This document shows, piece after piece, positions 13,086 through 26,523 of a stretch of 64,000 nucleotides of DNA; the first letter of the stretch is position 1; each line of letters starts with the position of its first letter. The position numbers and the translations under genes are program-made. The notes below the pieces were generated by a model. The model was not told the DNA's origin. It saw only the letters and a program-made list of their open reading frames with translations, and did no database searches. Origin of the DNA: the human T2T-CHM13v2.0 reference genome, Homo sapiens; assembly GCF_009914755.1 (NCBI RefSeq), contig NC_060929.1; one strand, given 5' to 3'.

Positions 13086-15937
13086 GCTGTCTAATTGGCA
13101 AGGAAAATCTTCAGGACCTTATGAACAACTTTTTGTAAAGTCATGCACTTCGGCCTCTGTTGTTTTCATTGTGACTTTTAATGTACTCACTGACTCAAGG
13201 TTCAAGCAATTTACAAGGGGTTCCTTGTCATTCTTATGAATTAATACACCATTACATACTCTTTTTGTCCCTGGGCTTAGGAGCAGCTTCGTTTTTGGAA
13301 TCCAATAAGAATGTTCTTCTTGGAGATAATTAAAGGCCTCTGCCCTCAACCAACTAAACAGGTTTTAATCAAAAATTGAATGTGCAGATTTTTCTTTAGA
13401 AATTATGTAAATAAGGTACAAACCAGGATGCAGATGTGAAGGATCAAAGTGGAAATTACCTCTGCTGGTCCCTTGAAGAGCAAATTGTTTCATTGACTTT
13501 TCTTCAACATAGTTCTTATTCTGCCTTGTAAGGGTTTTTCTTCTTTGCATTTTTTAAAAAATATAATTTGATGATCTATAATAAAGGAAATAAAGACCTT
13601 TGACTAACATAGCTTCTGTTTTGCTAGAGGCAGAGCCAACTTTGAAATTGTACTATTTAATTACAGTGAAGACTTCCATGGCCTCATGAGCAAAAACCAA
13701 CTAATGCTTTTCCTTTCAGAAAGCAGGCAAGAGTGCAGGCAGAGAAACAAGGGTATTTTGGTCCTCCCAAAAATAGGAGCCTGAGATGTTTATATCAGGA
13801 GGAAGTGTTTGGGCAATGTCTGTTCCTGTTCAGACTTTATCCCTCTGGGGACTGGCAGAGATGTGGTGAATCTTTCTCCTGAGAATTTCTGAGCAATACA
13901 CAGGGCCTGGACAAGCCTCCTTTAACAACTTAATCAATTCAAGGAACATGAGCCGCAATGCTTTGCCTGGTAGTTATGTAAGATGAAAGGAGTCTCAAAG
14001 TCGAATGAAACTGTGTTATTCAGCTCTGTATTATTCACTCTGAAGCCATCCTACTCAATAGGTTATGCATGAATTTCTCCCATTTGGAGTAAAGCACAGT
14101 AGCCAAAAGTCATCAATGTTTTATAAACTGTGACTAATCCTCTACATAGTCTCTCTCTCTCTTTTCCTACTGATGAGATTTTTGTTTTTGTATTTGCTGA
14201 TATTTAGGTACTACTTCTCTGCACTTTTATTATTATTTTTTAAATCACTTGAGACCATGGCAAACTGTGGAGTTGAGGATTGATACGGTCATTAGAGAAG
14301 TCTGCTCTCCCAAGCTTTTAGATTGCTTTGAAATATTTTGCTTCAAAATAGCAACAGATAAATCTGAAGCTCTGCCTTCCAGAGCAGCAACACAGTGAAT
14401 TTCCAGGGTCCTCCTGGCTTTTACCAAGCTGTTGCCACCCCAAAATAGTGGCGATCTCATAAACGTTTAGCAAATCATGGCAATGAATGTGGCAAGGGCG
14501 GACATAGCCAGCGTGTGTGTGTTTTTAATCATGCATCATTTAGTACAAAGATGACTCTTGGATGTTTTGGCAAATTAATTTGTATTGCACTTCAGAGAAG
14601 GGAGAGAGCAGCTGGGCTCTAGCCCATGAAGCTACAGTAGCTGTATTTGCTAATTAAGTTGCTGCTTCCATTGCTTCATATGAAAGCTCAAACTTTGCTT
14701 TTCCCCAAGGTTTTGGGTGAAACCATGTCAGCCCTTCTCCAGTGAGTCCATGTTCTTGCTGTGCAGTGTTGGAAACTTCAATGCAATGACAGAGCAACTA
14801 TTTCTAAAACAGTGGCCCTCTACAATTTAAAAGTCAGCCACAGTGCCATCTTCTTCGAAATTTGATTGAAGATGTACTCCTGGACATTTATACAAGTCAA
14901 ATGTTACTCCTCCCCCATCACTCTTTTATGTTTGATATTTTGTGTAACCCTACCAGAAAGGTCTTACATGGCCTAGGTATTTGCTAGGTGTTGAATTAAA
15001 AACAAATGGTCTGAAAGAAAAATTCATTTGGAAGAAGGCCAAATTTAGGTACTCTTCTAACAAGAGGGAGAGGGAAGTTAATTCACATGCAAAATATTCA
15101 ACACTGTTCCCAATCTTCGTATTCTAAAGAGACTGCTGTCACCCCAATCCTCTCCTTATGAAGTCTCATCGCCCAGTGGGATTCTGTCCCCAACACACCC
15201 AGCACACCTGAGCTGCTAGATTTTCCTTTCTTCTCCCCACATCAGCCCCCTTTTCTGTTCTGTTGTCATTCAGTCATTTTTTTGTTTTAATTAGGAATGT
15301 ACCTTTTCAAATGCAAATCCTCTTTCCCCCAGTATTTTTCAGTTCTGTCTCTTAACTACTGGCAGAGTTTTGCAGCATGAATTCCAGGAACTATCCTTGC
15401 TTCTCTGCTTAGTGGGCAGAGGAGCAGGAGAAGCTGAACAGGCAAAACCAGAATTTGCTCTTTAACAGGAGAGAAAAAGGAAGGCTAAGAATATGCATAT
15501 TTTAATAATTTTTAATGGCTATATTCTTGTCCCTAGGTATCCATGATTTTCTTCTAAAAATATATTAAAAAATTCTGTCTTCTGCCTTTCAAAGGAGCTG
15601 TGGGGCACCAAAAGTCGATGAGGCCTGGGGTTATTGTCAGGTATTTTGTCATGGTGAAATGTGTCTATGGAGACCTTTAAGACATAAGCCGAGTTGGGGT
15701 TAACAAAGAAACTTAGAAAGAATAAAGGCTTTTCATGTCATTTAATAATAAAAAATGTTAAATTTTTTTTTATTGCTGGATAGCTCTGTGACTATCTTCA
15801 TACATAAGAGTTTAACAGTCAGCTGAATTTATACGTTAAGCTTGTGTGTTTAGTTATTTGGTTGCCAAATGGTTTCAGGAGTCCCTGAAAATGCTGACAG
15901 GTAAGTGTTTCATGTTCTGACCCACTTCAATAGCTTT

Positions 15938-15990
15938 GTGGTGATGGTAGCGATGATGGTGGTGATGATGGTGATGATGATTATGATGGT
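15938..15990. repeat. Imperfect (GAT/GGT)n microsatellite
   Basis: GTGGTGATGGTAGCGATGATGGTGGTGATGATGGTGATGATGATTATGATGGT. Confidence 0.9.
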
Positions 15991-16240
15991 ACCTAATATT
16001 TATGGAGAGCTTAATTTGTGCCAGATGTGTTCAAGAACTTTACATGTGTTAAATAATTTAATATTCATAACAATCCCATTATGCAGGAACATACTGTATT
16101 TCCATTTTTCATATAAAGGAGTAGAGGCACAGAGAAGTTAAAGAGCTGGCCTGAGCTCACAGTGCTGAGTGGTGAAGTCAAGATTTAACCATAAGCATCC
16201 TCTTTTCAAAGCCCACACTCTTAACTACTACTTTACATTG
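15991..16240 (-). mobile_element. MIR, near full length
   Basis: AATATTTATGGAGAGCTTA..TGTGCCAG...CCATTTT...GAGGCACAGAGAAGTTAA...CTCTTAACTACTA. Confidence 0.85.
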
Positions 16241-16615
16241 TTACTGCTGGGATCATTTTCTATTAAATAAATTGAATTTTGATTACAATTGGCTAGCTTA
16301 AGCCTGCACACCTCCCTCCTGTATTACTGCCCCCAAACTATCAAAAATAGGATACCTATGCTATATATGACCAAGCCCCAAATGTGCTAAGATTGACTGG
16401 ACCAGAGGACAGGAGAAACATTTAACTTACATGTTCAGTCTCATTCAGATTTTCAGCAATGGCTTCACACCACCAAAAGAAGAGGCTTCTTCTAAAGAGT
16501 ACAATGGCTAGGGCTCGCAAGGGCTGGAGCTGTAGGATCTGGCTAACTCCATACCTACCTGAGCTCTGGTTGTCCTTATGCTAATCACTCATATTAATTT
16601 ACTTATAGTGTCTGC

Positions 16616-16790
16616 CAGGGGTCACAAACTCAAATCGTGGTGGTATGATTTAGTGATGTGAGTCTGGTGCCAAGTTGCTTGTATTGACAGAGTACAACCT
16701 GCACCTAGCTATGTTGCCTTTAATAAATGGCTAAACAGAACTTACCCTCGGGCTGCCTTTGGTAGGCGCTTAGCCAGTTTGCCACCTCTG
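16616..16790. mobile_element. hAT-Charlie-type MITE (~175 bp)
   Basis: Terminal inverted repeats CAGGGGTCACAAACT ... AGTTTGCCACCTCTG. Confidence 0.6.
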
Positions 16791-17830
16791 TTACACATTT
16801 ATCTCTATTAGTAGCACAGATTGGAAAGTTGCCCACTGGCTTCTGATGTTAGATAATGTACCATCCAACTACACACTAATAAATAAGGACAGAAAGTAGA
16901 ATCACAGCTTTCGGCCTATCTATGGGAGACAGACTATGGCCCTTAGGGATTCTAGTTTCTGAAGAAACCAAATAAATTTCTATAGCATTATGGTCAGCAG
17001 TTCAAATCTGGGCATCTGCTATTTTGTACCCAACACTGTGCTAGGTAGACATAATGGAAAACATAAAAGAAGCAGGAAAATCTCTCATCAGTTTTAGATG
17101 GCCAGCAATTTTATAGGGGAAACTAATGAACAGTACATGACATATTTAAGCAAGGTTTAAGGTGTGCAATTCAGACAATAAGTGTTAGAGGAGGTTTCTA
17201 TTGCAGAATGGACCAGACCTAACACAGGTAGTTCATGTAGCTGCTTCATCTCCATTATCCCCGAGACCTGTGAAATGTAAAATGTCAGTTCAGGTTCACC
17301 ATTTCAAAGCCTTGAAATGCAGCAGGTCTGCCAGGATTAAGTAGATAATTGGCTAGCAATATTTTGCTGCATTGACTTTGGATTCGTAGATATGCAGATG
17401 GGTGTTAGAATCTGCTCTGAAAGGTATACTGGACTGCTAGAAATGGCTTTGCCACTAGCTGGGAGGCTTGGATCATTGTTTTTCCTGAATACCCCCCAAA
17501 ATGCAATGCTCAATTGGCTAAACCAATCATTCATTCATTCATCCAATAATTAAATAATTAGCAGTTGCTACTATGTGCCAGATTCTATTCTAACTTTATA
17601 AGATATTTCAAATTCTAGGTAGATTAAGGACAGAATTTGGTATTAGAAAACCTAGGTTATAATCATGGCTCTCTTCTTTATTTACAGTGAGGCAGAATAA
17701 AGTCAATTTACTTACCTTGGTTTTTATTTCACATTTGTGAATGAAAAACTGGCTACATGTGTTGTTTATGAACTGTGCCCTCTGGAGTTCTGTGATTTCT
17801 TTCTCAGGATGACATGGGGATATTCTAGAC

Positions 17831-18060
17831 CAGTGGTTCTCAACCAGGGGCAATTTTGTACCCCCTTATTTATGCCCAGAGGACATTTAGTAATGTCTGG
17901 AAAAAATGTTAGGAGGGGCAGTGTTTGCCACTGGATCTGGTGGGTGGAGGTCATGAATATTGCTAAATATCCTACAATGCACAAGACGGTCTGCCACAAC
18001 CATCTATACAAAGATTTATGTAATCTAAAATGTCAGTAGTACCCAGGTTGAGAAACACTG
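17831..18060 (+). mobile_element. MER20 hAT DNA transposon MITE
   Basis: TIRs CAGTGGTTCTCAACC ... GGTTGAGAAACACTG; degenerate 8 bp TSD TTCTAGAC/CTGTAGAA; 230 bp with MER20-like interior. Confidence 0.85.
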
Positions 18061-19370
18061 CTGTAGAAGACAGACATGAGGCTGAGCTTGTTGGGCCCCT
18101 GTGATCCCTAATCTACTAACACCAAAGTAGATCCACCTTTATTTTCTGGATGTAGCCAGCATAAATTTGACAGGTGATAACTCAAGTGTATAAATTTTAT
18201 TTTCTATAATTCAGCATAAATTATGTGTTAATTTCCCCACTATGTTTTTCAGTTGCTTCAGAGCTGACATACAGATACTTCCAGGTTACAGTGTCCTTTC
18301 TTTTCCTCTTCAGGACTGAATCTACCTTGGCGACTCTTAAACACCATCTTGGTATTGAGGGGAAGTTGAGGTCCAGGTTTGCTCTACCCTCAAGCCTCCG
18401 CTGTTGTCTGCAGCCATGCATCCCTCTCTGCTGGTCTTTGTTCACCAGTTTTTATTCTTACTGCTCTTGTCCTGCCACAACTGCAATAGTGTGCTCTAAT
18501 CACAGCTGTAACAAGGCCTCTGGTTCTCTCCCTTGGCCATTTGTGTTCCCATTTTGGAGTCATTGGAAATTTTCATATATGCTTCTTAATCCCTCTAGGC
18601 TGTGGAATCTCAGGGTATGGCTCTGTTAGACCCTCTCTATACCTGACCTGACACTATTTCTATTCACAGTTGAAGTCCTATACTGGAAAGGTGCACCCTT
18701 TTGAGAGGTTCTCTGGCACTCCCGATGACACATTTCTTTCCTGCTCTCAGGCCTCCCAATCCTAGATCTCTTTTGCAGAGACTCCTACCAGCAGCTTGCT
18801 CTATTGATATCCGCTTTGCCACTCTTTCCTTCTCCCAGCTGATCGAAATTTATCTTCTTTTAAGGGTGGAAAATGGCATCTACAAAATCTGACATTCTTT
18901 CTAACCTTAGTGTATATAGTATAAAATTAATATTTTTATTTTTATCAAAACTGCCATTTCAATGAATCCTTTATTCTTTCAAAATCTTGGCTGTTTTAAT
19001 AGAAAATCTTCATTTTTTCAGCTATTAACTCTGATGTGAATTTCAAAACTCTAAATATAAGAATTGACTTCTTTATAATCCAGCAACAACTAGCCTTTCC
19101 TAATGATAGGAGTACCATTGGCACAATGGGTAGTGGATTTTAGGATTAATCCTTGTAGTTTCAATGTCCTTTTAAACTTTAATTTGCTGCTTAAAAAAGA
19201 AGATAATTAAAGAAAGAAGGAAGGAAGGAAAGCCTAGATGGTCTGCATTCTCATTCTTTCATAGAAGATGATCTGAATGTGTGAAAAGTCTGCGTCTGTT
19301 GTGTATGCCTAATAATCTCCCTTCCTTGATGTATACATTTTTTCCCTCTGAATTACTATGGGAAGAGAGG

Positions 19371-19784
19371 CGATATGGTTTGGATATTTGTCCCCTACAA
19401 ATCGCATGTTGAAATGTGACCTCTAATGTTGGAGGTGGGCCTATTGCAAGGTATTTATGTCATGGGGACAAATCTCTCATGAATGGCTTGGTGCTGTCCT
19501 CGTGGATAAGTTCTCATTCTATGAATGTACATGGTATCTCGTTGTTTAAAAGAGCCTGGCACCTCCTCCCTTTCTCGCTTACTTTTGCCCTCACCATCTG
19601 ATGTGTCTGCTCCCCGCTTAGCCTTCCACCATGATTGGAAGCTTCCTGAGGCCCTTGCCAGGAGCAGATGCCAGTGTCATGCTTCCTGTACAGTCTGCAG
19701 AACCATGAGCCAAATAAGCCTCTTTTCCTTATAAATTACCCACTCTCAGGTATTCATTTACAGCAATGCAAACAGACTAATACC
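19371..19784 (+). mobile_element. MST-family MaLR solo LTR
   Basis: Starts (C)GATATGGTTTGGATATTTGTCCCC, ends AGACTAATACC; perfect TSD AGAGG (19366-19370, 19785-19789). Confidence 0.92.
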
Positions 19785-20041
19785 AGAGGCCTTTGGAATC
19801 CCCATAAGGAAGCAAGGAGATCTACATATAATTTTTCCTTTGTAATTCATTGTCAAGGGGAAAATTGGATTAGATAATTGGAAACATTTTACACAGATAT
19901 TTGGCTAGACATTACTCATACATTATTTCTATCCAGAGTATTTGCTTTTGAACACAAAAATTTTCAAAGAGATAGCAAAAATATTCCCTATTTCCTAGTG
20001 GGAAAATAATAAATATAATTACCAAAGTTAGGGATTGGGAA

Positions 20042-20087
20042 TCTCTCTCTCTTCTTCTCTGTCATCCCTCTCTCTCTCTCTCTCTCT
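20042..20087. repeat. (CT)n microsatellite
   Basis: Interrupted TCTCTC runs. Confidence 0.85.
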
Positions 20088-23000
20088 GATCTATCTAATT
20101 TTTAGTATAGGTGGCAATTTCTGCCTATTATTTAGGAGAATAAAATTTAATTTCCTAATGGCAGGGCAAAGATTTATTTGAAAGGTATTGTGCATCATTT
20201 ATTGATTCAAAGAATATTTGTTGAATGTGCATTCCATAGATAAACCCCCTTATCAAATCTACTTTTTAAAAGACCAGGTCCTAGTCCTGCATGCATTATT
20301 AACTAATGATGTGACTGAAAAAGCCACAGTCTTTTTATATGGTCCAACTCTCTCATCTTTAAAATTAAAGACTATTTATAGGTTCTACTTTAATGGTTCA
20401 AAATCTATAGCATTTTCTCCCACAAGCTGTCCTTGGCATATACAAATTTCTTAGAATCTAATGTGCACACAAATATAATTCCTAAATATAATGGTTGAAG
20501 CTGTCTATGATTAAATAATCAGTTTTATTTTACTTATGTTATTGTATCTAGTAATCATTACCAAATAAACTATACAACACATAACAATTACTGATTGAAT
20601 GAATGTAAGCAATTGGCAATCCAAAAACTAAAATCCATTTGGACAACAAATAAACTTTCAGATATAGTCTATACTATAATATGTAAATTCTTATTCAAAG
20701 TAATCTCAGCAAATAAGACACTTAGACTGAAAACAAAGAAAAAACAATTTTATTCTCTTTCTTCTTTCCATTTAATTCTCTGAGTTTGGGCAAAATTTAA
20801 TCAATAGAGGGTCATGTTGAAAGCTAACACATTTATCTGTGGGTCATATTTCTTATTAAGGACTGAACATTGAACTTTTAGTCAGGACAACATTCTGGGA
20901 AATGCAGCTATTCAGTCACGTTGCATCTCCTATTGGAATCATTTATTATGAACTTTCATTCATTTAAAAGAAGAAGTAGGTAATTAGAGTTTCAACTCAA
21001 AGCTTTGCTATCTGGTGGGAGCTAACATTTTAAATTAAGGAGGCTTTTGGAAAGACACATTTCTATGGGGGTTACTTTGGAGCCCCAAGGATAAAAATCA
21101 CCTATTCACCATTACTAAATGTCATGACATGTTACCAAAATGCATCTCTGTAGATCTTCTATCTAGGCCAGTGCTCGTATTTCTACCTTCTCTTGAAAAT
21201 AGGTTATCTTGTTATTGATATTAAATGATAACTCTGGGTTCACATTTACCTTTGAATTAGAGTTGCTGATAACTCTGTTATCACATGAGTGCATGACTAA
21301 TTTTCCCCCAAGTTCTGGCTGAAGATAAGACTTTACTTACATTTTAGTCTCCAGATGGAATATGGGCTTGTGTATAAAAGTGTGCATGTGCACCCAGATA
21401 TGTGAGAGGCAAAAATAGTGTAGGAGTCGTGCAGTGTAGATCTGTCTATAGATCCCTTTCTTCTCCTTGCCTCGGTCTGAGAGATTGCAGTTCTGGTCCT
21501 ATTGTCTGATGCCAATGCGGTCTCTATATTGAGTGAGAACAAAACACTAGGTATAGCGTTCATTTACCCCAGCTTTCTTCACCAAGGTGAGTAATTGATG
21601 AACACAGAGATGGGTTTCGAAGCAGTTTCTGTTGCTATTAGCTAACATATACAAAAAGCCTAGCCTACTATGTTTTCTACAAATATAAACAATCCAAGGT
21701 TTTTTCCCTTTAAAAATTTCCATGGTTTAAGATGAAAAAATAAACAAAAATAACTCTGCTGTGTGCCACTATCATCTGAAAATTCATTCATAGCAGATAG
21801 AATTATGGTGCTTCTGTTATTACGGATTCATTATTGGCTGGAGTTGTATATAGATTCCTATCACCTAGCTATTATGCAGGTGCAAAATACTTGGCTAGTT
21901 CACTTAGATGTTTTTGCTTTACATTTTCTGCTCTTACAAAGATCTCTGAATGTCCCAGCATTCAAAGTGAACACAATCAAGAATCATCTTTTGAACTAAT
22001 AAGATCTAATCTACAAAAGGATCTGTCAATTTTTTCTTCCTAAATGTTCATTTATTGTGAAAAAAATACAGGACAGAGTTTATTGTTCATTTGAAGCATA
22101 TTAGGATCTATTTAATGAAGAGAGGCAGTTGGGGCTGCATATTTTCAGTTGTGAAGAAAGGAAATTAATCAAAAAGGGAGATAACCATGGCTTCTTTGAA
22201 AGCTGTTTTGGCTTGCAGTCCAGGTATGACTGCCTTTTACTGAGGTTTACACAGCAAGATAAACCCCACTGCTGATTGTCTTATGATTTTTTTGCTGAGG
22301 CCTGTCACAATACAATGCGATGAAGATGTATCAAAGCACCATCCACCCCCGCAGGAAAAAATATTTGAATACCTTGTATTTATGTAGCACCTGGCTCCAG
22401 GGACCTCACAGTGCTGACACACAACATTACTCCTGGATTACATCTCCCAAGCCCCTGCAGCGACTGGGTGACCGCTGTGCAAGTCCAGCCATAACTGCAT
22501 TCCCCAAGTGAGAAAACAGAATGGTACTTGGAAATCCAGCTCCAGGCTTGAACTTTTAAGTGCAATGCTGCATGACGAATTAAAGGCAAGGAAGCTTGGG
22601 CTGGTCATCAGAGAGGACTTTGTCTCCAGAGCCATATTAAACATAAAATTAAGCTCAAGGAATAGAGTGGTCATGGCTGGTAACATTTTAAAAAATAGCT
22701 TGGCATTATGGATTATTACTAAGAAATAAGAGGCCAGTTATCAGAGAAAGATTTTCTGACTCGTTGATTTTCTCCAACCACCATTTGTTTCCTGTGTGCC
22801 AGTGACTCATCAACACACAGTAAAAGAAGTATGCTTATTGAAATCTGTATCATGCCACAGCTCAACTTGGAGGAGAAAACTGTAACAGAGGCAGGAGAAA
22901 TTTGTGGCCAAAGGAACATCATATGCATCCAAGCTATCTGCGACCTGGCAAACCTCCCAGTTCAGCAATTTAGCACATTTATTGGGGGTAATGGAATACA

Positions 23001-24764
23001 CCTCTATATCAGAGGGGCATGTATTTAATTTTTCTCACTGTATTTTCTGGATGTGTCAATGTTTTCACTGGCCATGCTATGGAGCATATGGGGTCTTCAC
23101 AGTACCGAAAAACATGTGGTCTTGCTTTCCACTTAACAATAATGTCTTATAAATAAAGGCTTATTGAAAACAAACATGATGTTGAGGATGTCCCCTTTCC
23201 CTGTCTCACTTCCTCCTTATGTGTTTTTGGTACATGGGCTATGGACAATGATTACTTCTCTCTATCATTAGCTTTGCCTGACATTTACAGGCAGAATGAT
23301 AATAATCTTATTTTTATATGTGAGAAAACTCAATAAAACCCTCAAGAAACTGCAATTAGGAAACTGATTACCATATTGTATAACTTACCAATTATACTGT
23401 CATTACTGTCAGAACGAAGGAAAGAAAAATATATAATAACTATGGGTAACCACGACAGGCATAAGGATATTTCACTTCTTCTTCTTCCATATTCAAAATG
23501 AGTAAAAGTACAATAGACCTAGGTCCACCTTAGACATAGAGAATTGGGGCCCTTCTCCTGGGTCCAGCGCTTTAGTAGTGGCTTCTTTTGTCCTTCTGGT
23601 TGTTCCACTCCCCTGAGGAGAGGTGTCCCTTGGGAACCAAGGGAGCATGCCCACATAGAACCCACTCTCCTCTGGGAGACTACACTGTAGGTACTCAAGA
23701 CCTGGACATTTCCTAATCATTGGCCCCAAAACAACTTCCAGTGATTTTGTGTGTCTTTTCCACCAGTTCTCTCTAAGTCTGAGGACAAAGGACAATTGTT
23801 TCAGGGGTGTGTGAATGGAGGTTGGGTCTCTGTGCTGTGTGTCCCAGGTATGCTTGTGAGGTCCCTCCTTATGTGATAATGAGTAGGGATGAGATTGGGA
23901 AGTGGTTGCCTTGTGAGCTGGGACTGCTAATTTTACTCTTTCCTTGCACCTTGCAATGTTAGATGTGGGTCTATGTAGGTACCAAAAACATTCCCAGTAT
24001 CATCTCACTTCTACCAACACAACCACATAGTGAATCTTAGGTTTCTGGCTATAAAAGTAATTTTTAAATTTTTCCTTGAATTACTACAAAGCACTGTCCC
24101 TTGTTCTTCTTGTTAAAATCAAAAGGCCAATGCTCAGTTTACATCCTGCTTTTGAATCTTCTCAATTTTTGTGGAGGCAAAGAATGCCAAAGGCGGTACA
24201 CATATATTCAATCAAGGACATAATTTTGGAAATTATGATCTATACAAAAAGATAAGACAATTAAGGAAAATGCCAGTAGAGATGGTTTTAATGATCAGGG
24301 TGAAATTTTGTTGAGGGACTTTTTTAAGGTAACTGATGGCCCCTCGGCCTGCTTTATTCCAGCTTCTTGGAAATGATTTTTATATCCTCCAATTTTATAT
24401 CAATTATTCCTTTTATTCTATATAAAATATATAAGTCTGGCAAGGCCCAGCAGCAGTAGGACTTTGAAGTGAGTAGCCAGAGAAGCTGATGTGGGTTTAG
24501 CTCATTGGGCATACTTTCAGAGAAACTAGCAAGTTCTGTTCTCTTTCAGTCTAACACTTCCCCAGCATAGCTTATGCCTTAGGAAGGGCCTAGAGGGACG
24601 GCAAAGGAATAAGAAATGAAAGACACCAGGGGCTTGAGAGAAGGAAATAGGAATCAGTGAGGAAGTAAAAGGTACAGACAAGATGCTGTATAAAGATTGG
24701 TATTTAATTAAGGAAAGGCTTGGCACAATGAATACTGACAAACTGTATCATTGGCACTTAGAAT

Positions 24765-25045
24765 TATTTCTTAGGATAGATTCACCAAAATGAAAATAGA
24801 TGGGTCAGAGGATATCAATATTTTTAGGTCTCTTGATATCTATGACAAATTGTAATCCACTCCCACCAGAAATGTCTAAGGGTTCCTTATTTACTGGATA
24901 TTTGGCAGTGTTAGCAATCTTTTTTATTGTTGTTAAAAAATGCTTAATTAATAAATGTTATGTTACTGTTTTAATTTTAATGTATATTATTAGTGAAATC
25001 AAATGGTTGTCAATATGTCTGTTGCCTTATATTTCCTCATTGAGA
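24765..25045 (-). mobile_element. Ancient L1M 3' fragment
   Basis: TTAGGATAGATTC...GGGTCAGAGG...CCACTCCCACCAG resembles old L1 3' region, antisense. Confidence 0.55.
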
Positions 25046-25046
25046 T

Positions 25047-26492
25047 TTGTTTTTTTTTACTTTTAAGTTCAGGAGTACATCTGCTGGTTTATTATATAGG
25101 TAAACTTGTGTCATGGGGGTTTGTTGTACAGATTATTTCGTCACCCAGGTATTAGGCCTAGTATCCATTAGTTACTTTTTCTGATCCTCTCCCTTCTCCT
25201 AGCCTCCACCTTCTGATAAATCTCATTGTCTGTTGTTCCCCTGTAAGTGTCCATGTGTTCTCATCATTTAGCTCCCACTTACAAGTGAGAACATGTGGTA
25301 TTTGGTTTTCTTTTCCTGCATTAGTATGCCAAGGATAGTGGCCTCCCACTCCATCCATGTTCCTGCAAAGAACATGATCTCATTCCTCTTATGTCTGCAT
25401 AGTATTCTATTGTGTATGGTACCATGTTTTCCTTATACAGTCATTTGATGGACATTTAGGCTGATTCCTTGTCTTTGCTACTGTGAATAGTGCTGCAATG
25501 AAAATACGCATGCATGAGTGTTTATGATAGAATGATTTATATACCTTTGGGTATACACCCAGTAATGGGATTGCTGGGTAGAAGAAATGGTATTCTGCTT
25601 CTAGGTCTTTTAGGAATTGCCATACTGTCTTCCCCAATGGTTGAACTAATTTACACTCCCAACAACAATATAAAAGTGTTCCTTTTCTTTGCAACCTTGC
25701 CAGCATCTGTTGTTTCTTGACTTTTTAATAATCACCATTCTGACTGGTGTGAGATGCTATCTGTTCGTGGTTTTGATTTGCATTTCTCTAACGATAGTGA
25801 TGCTGAACTTTTTTCATATATTTGTTGGTGGCATGAATGTTTTCTTTTGAGAAGTGTCTTTTCATGTCCTTTGCCCAGTTTTTAAAGAGGTTATTTGTTT
25901 TTTTTTCTTGTAAATATGTTCAAGTTCCTTGTAGACTCTGGATATTAGATGCTTGTCAGATGGATAGATTGCAAAATTTTTCTCCCTTTCTGTAGGTTGT
26001 CTGTTCACTCTGATGATAGTTTCTTTTGCTGTGCAGAAGCTCTTTAGTTTAATTAGATCCCATTTGTCAATTTATTTTGCTGCAATTGTTTTTGTTGCAC
26101 TTGCTTTTGGCATTTTCATCATGGAATCTTTGCCCATGCCTATGTCCTGAATGGTATTGCCTAGATTTTCTTCTAGGGTTTTTATAGTTTTGAGTTTTAC
26201 ATTTAAGTCTTGAATCCATCTTGAGTTAATTTTTGTATAAGGTGTAAGGAAGAGGTTCAGCTTCAATTTTCTGAGCATGGCTAGCCAGTTCTCCCAGCAG
26301 CATTTACTAAATAGGGAATCTTGGTTTTTTTTGTTTTTTGTTTTTTTTTTGAGACAAAATCTAGCTCTGTCACCCAGGCTGAATGCAGTGGTGCAATCTA
26401 GGTTCACTGCAATGTGAGTCTCTCAGGTTCAAGCAATTCTCCTGCCTCAGCCTCCTGAGTAGTTGGGATTACAGGTGCCTGCCACCACACAC

Positions 26493-26523
<31 letters not shown>

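Noticed and set aside
15850-15910. Strong splice donor-like CAG|GTAAGT at ~15900 (others at ~9370 and ~46040; acceptor-like tract at ~63940)
   Set aside because: Isolated splice words are expected by chance in 64 kb and no coherent coding exon chain could be built. A lncRNA or host-gene intron cannot be excluded without transcript data.
18221-18629. 134 aa ORF with an overlapping antisense ORF in unique sequence
   Set aside because: GTG start, no recognisable domain, composition typical of random non-coding frames.
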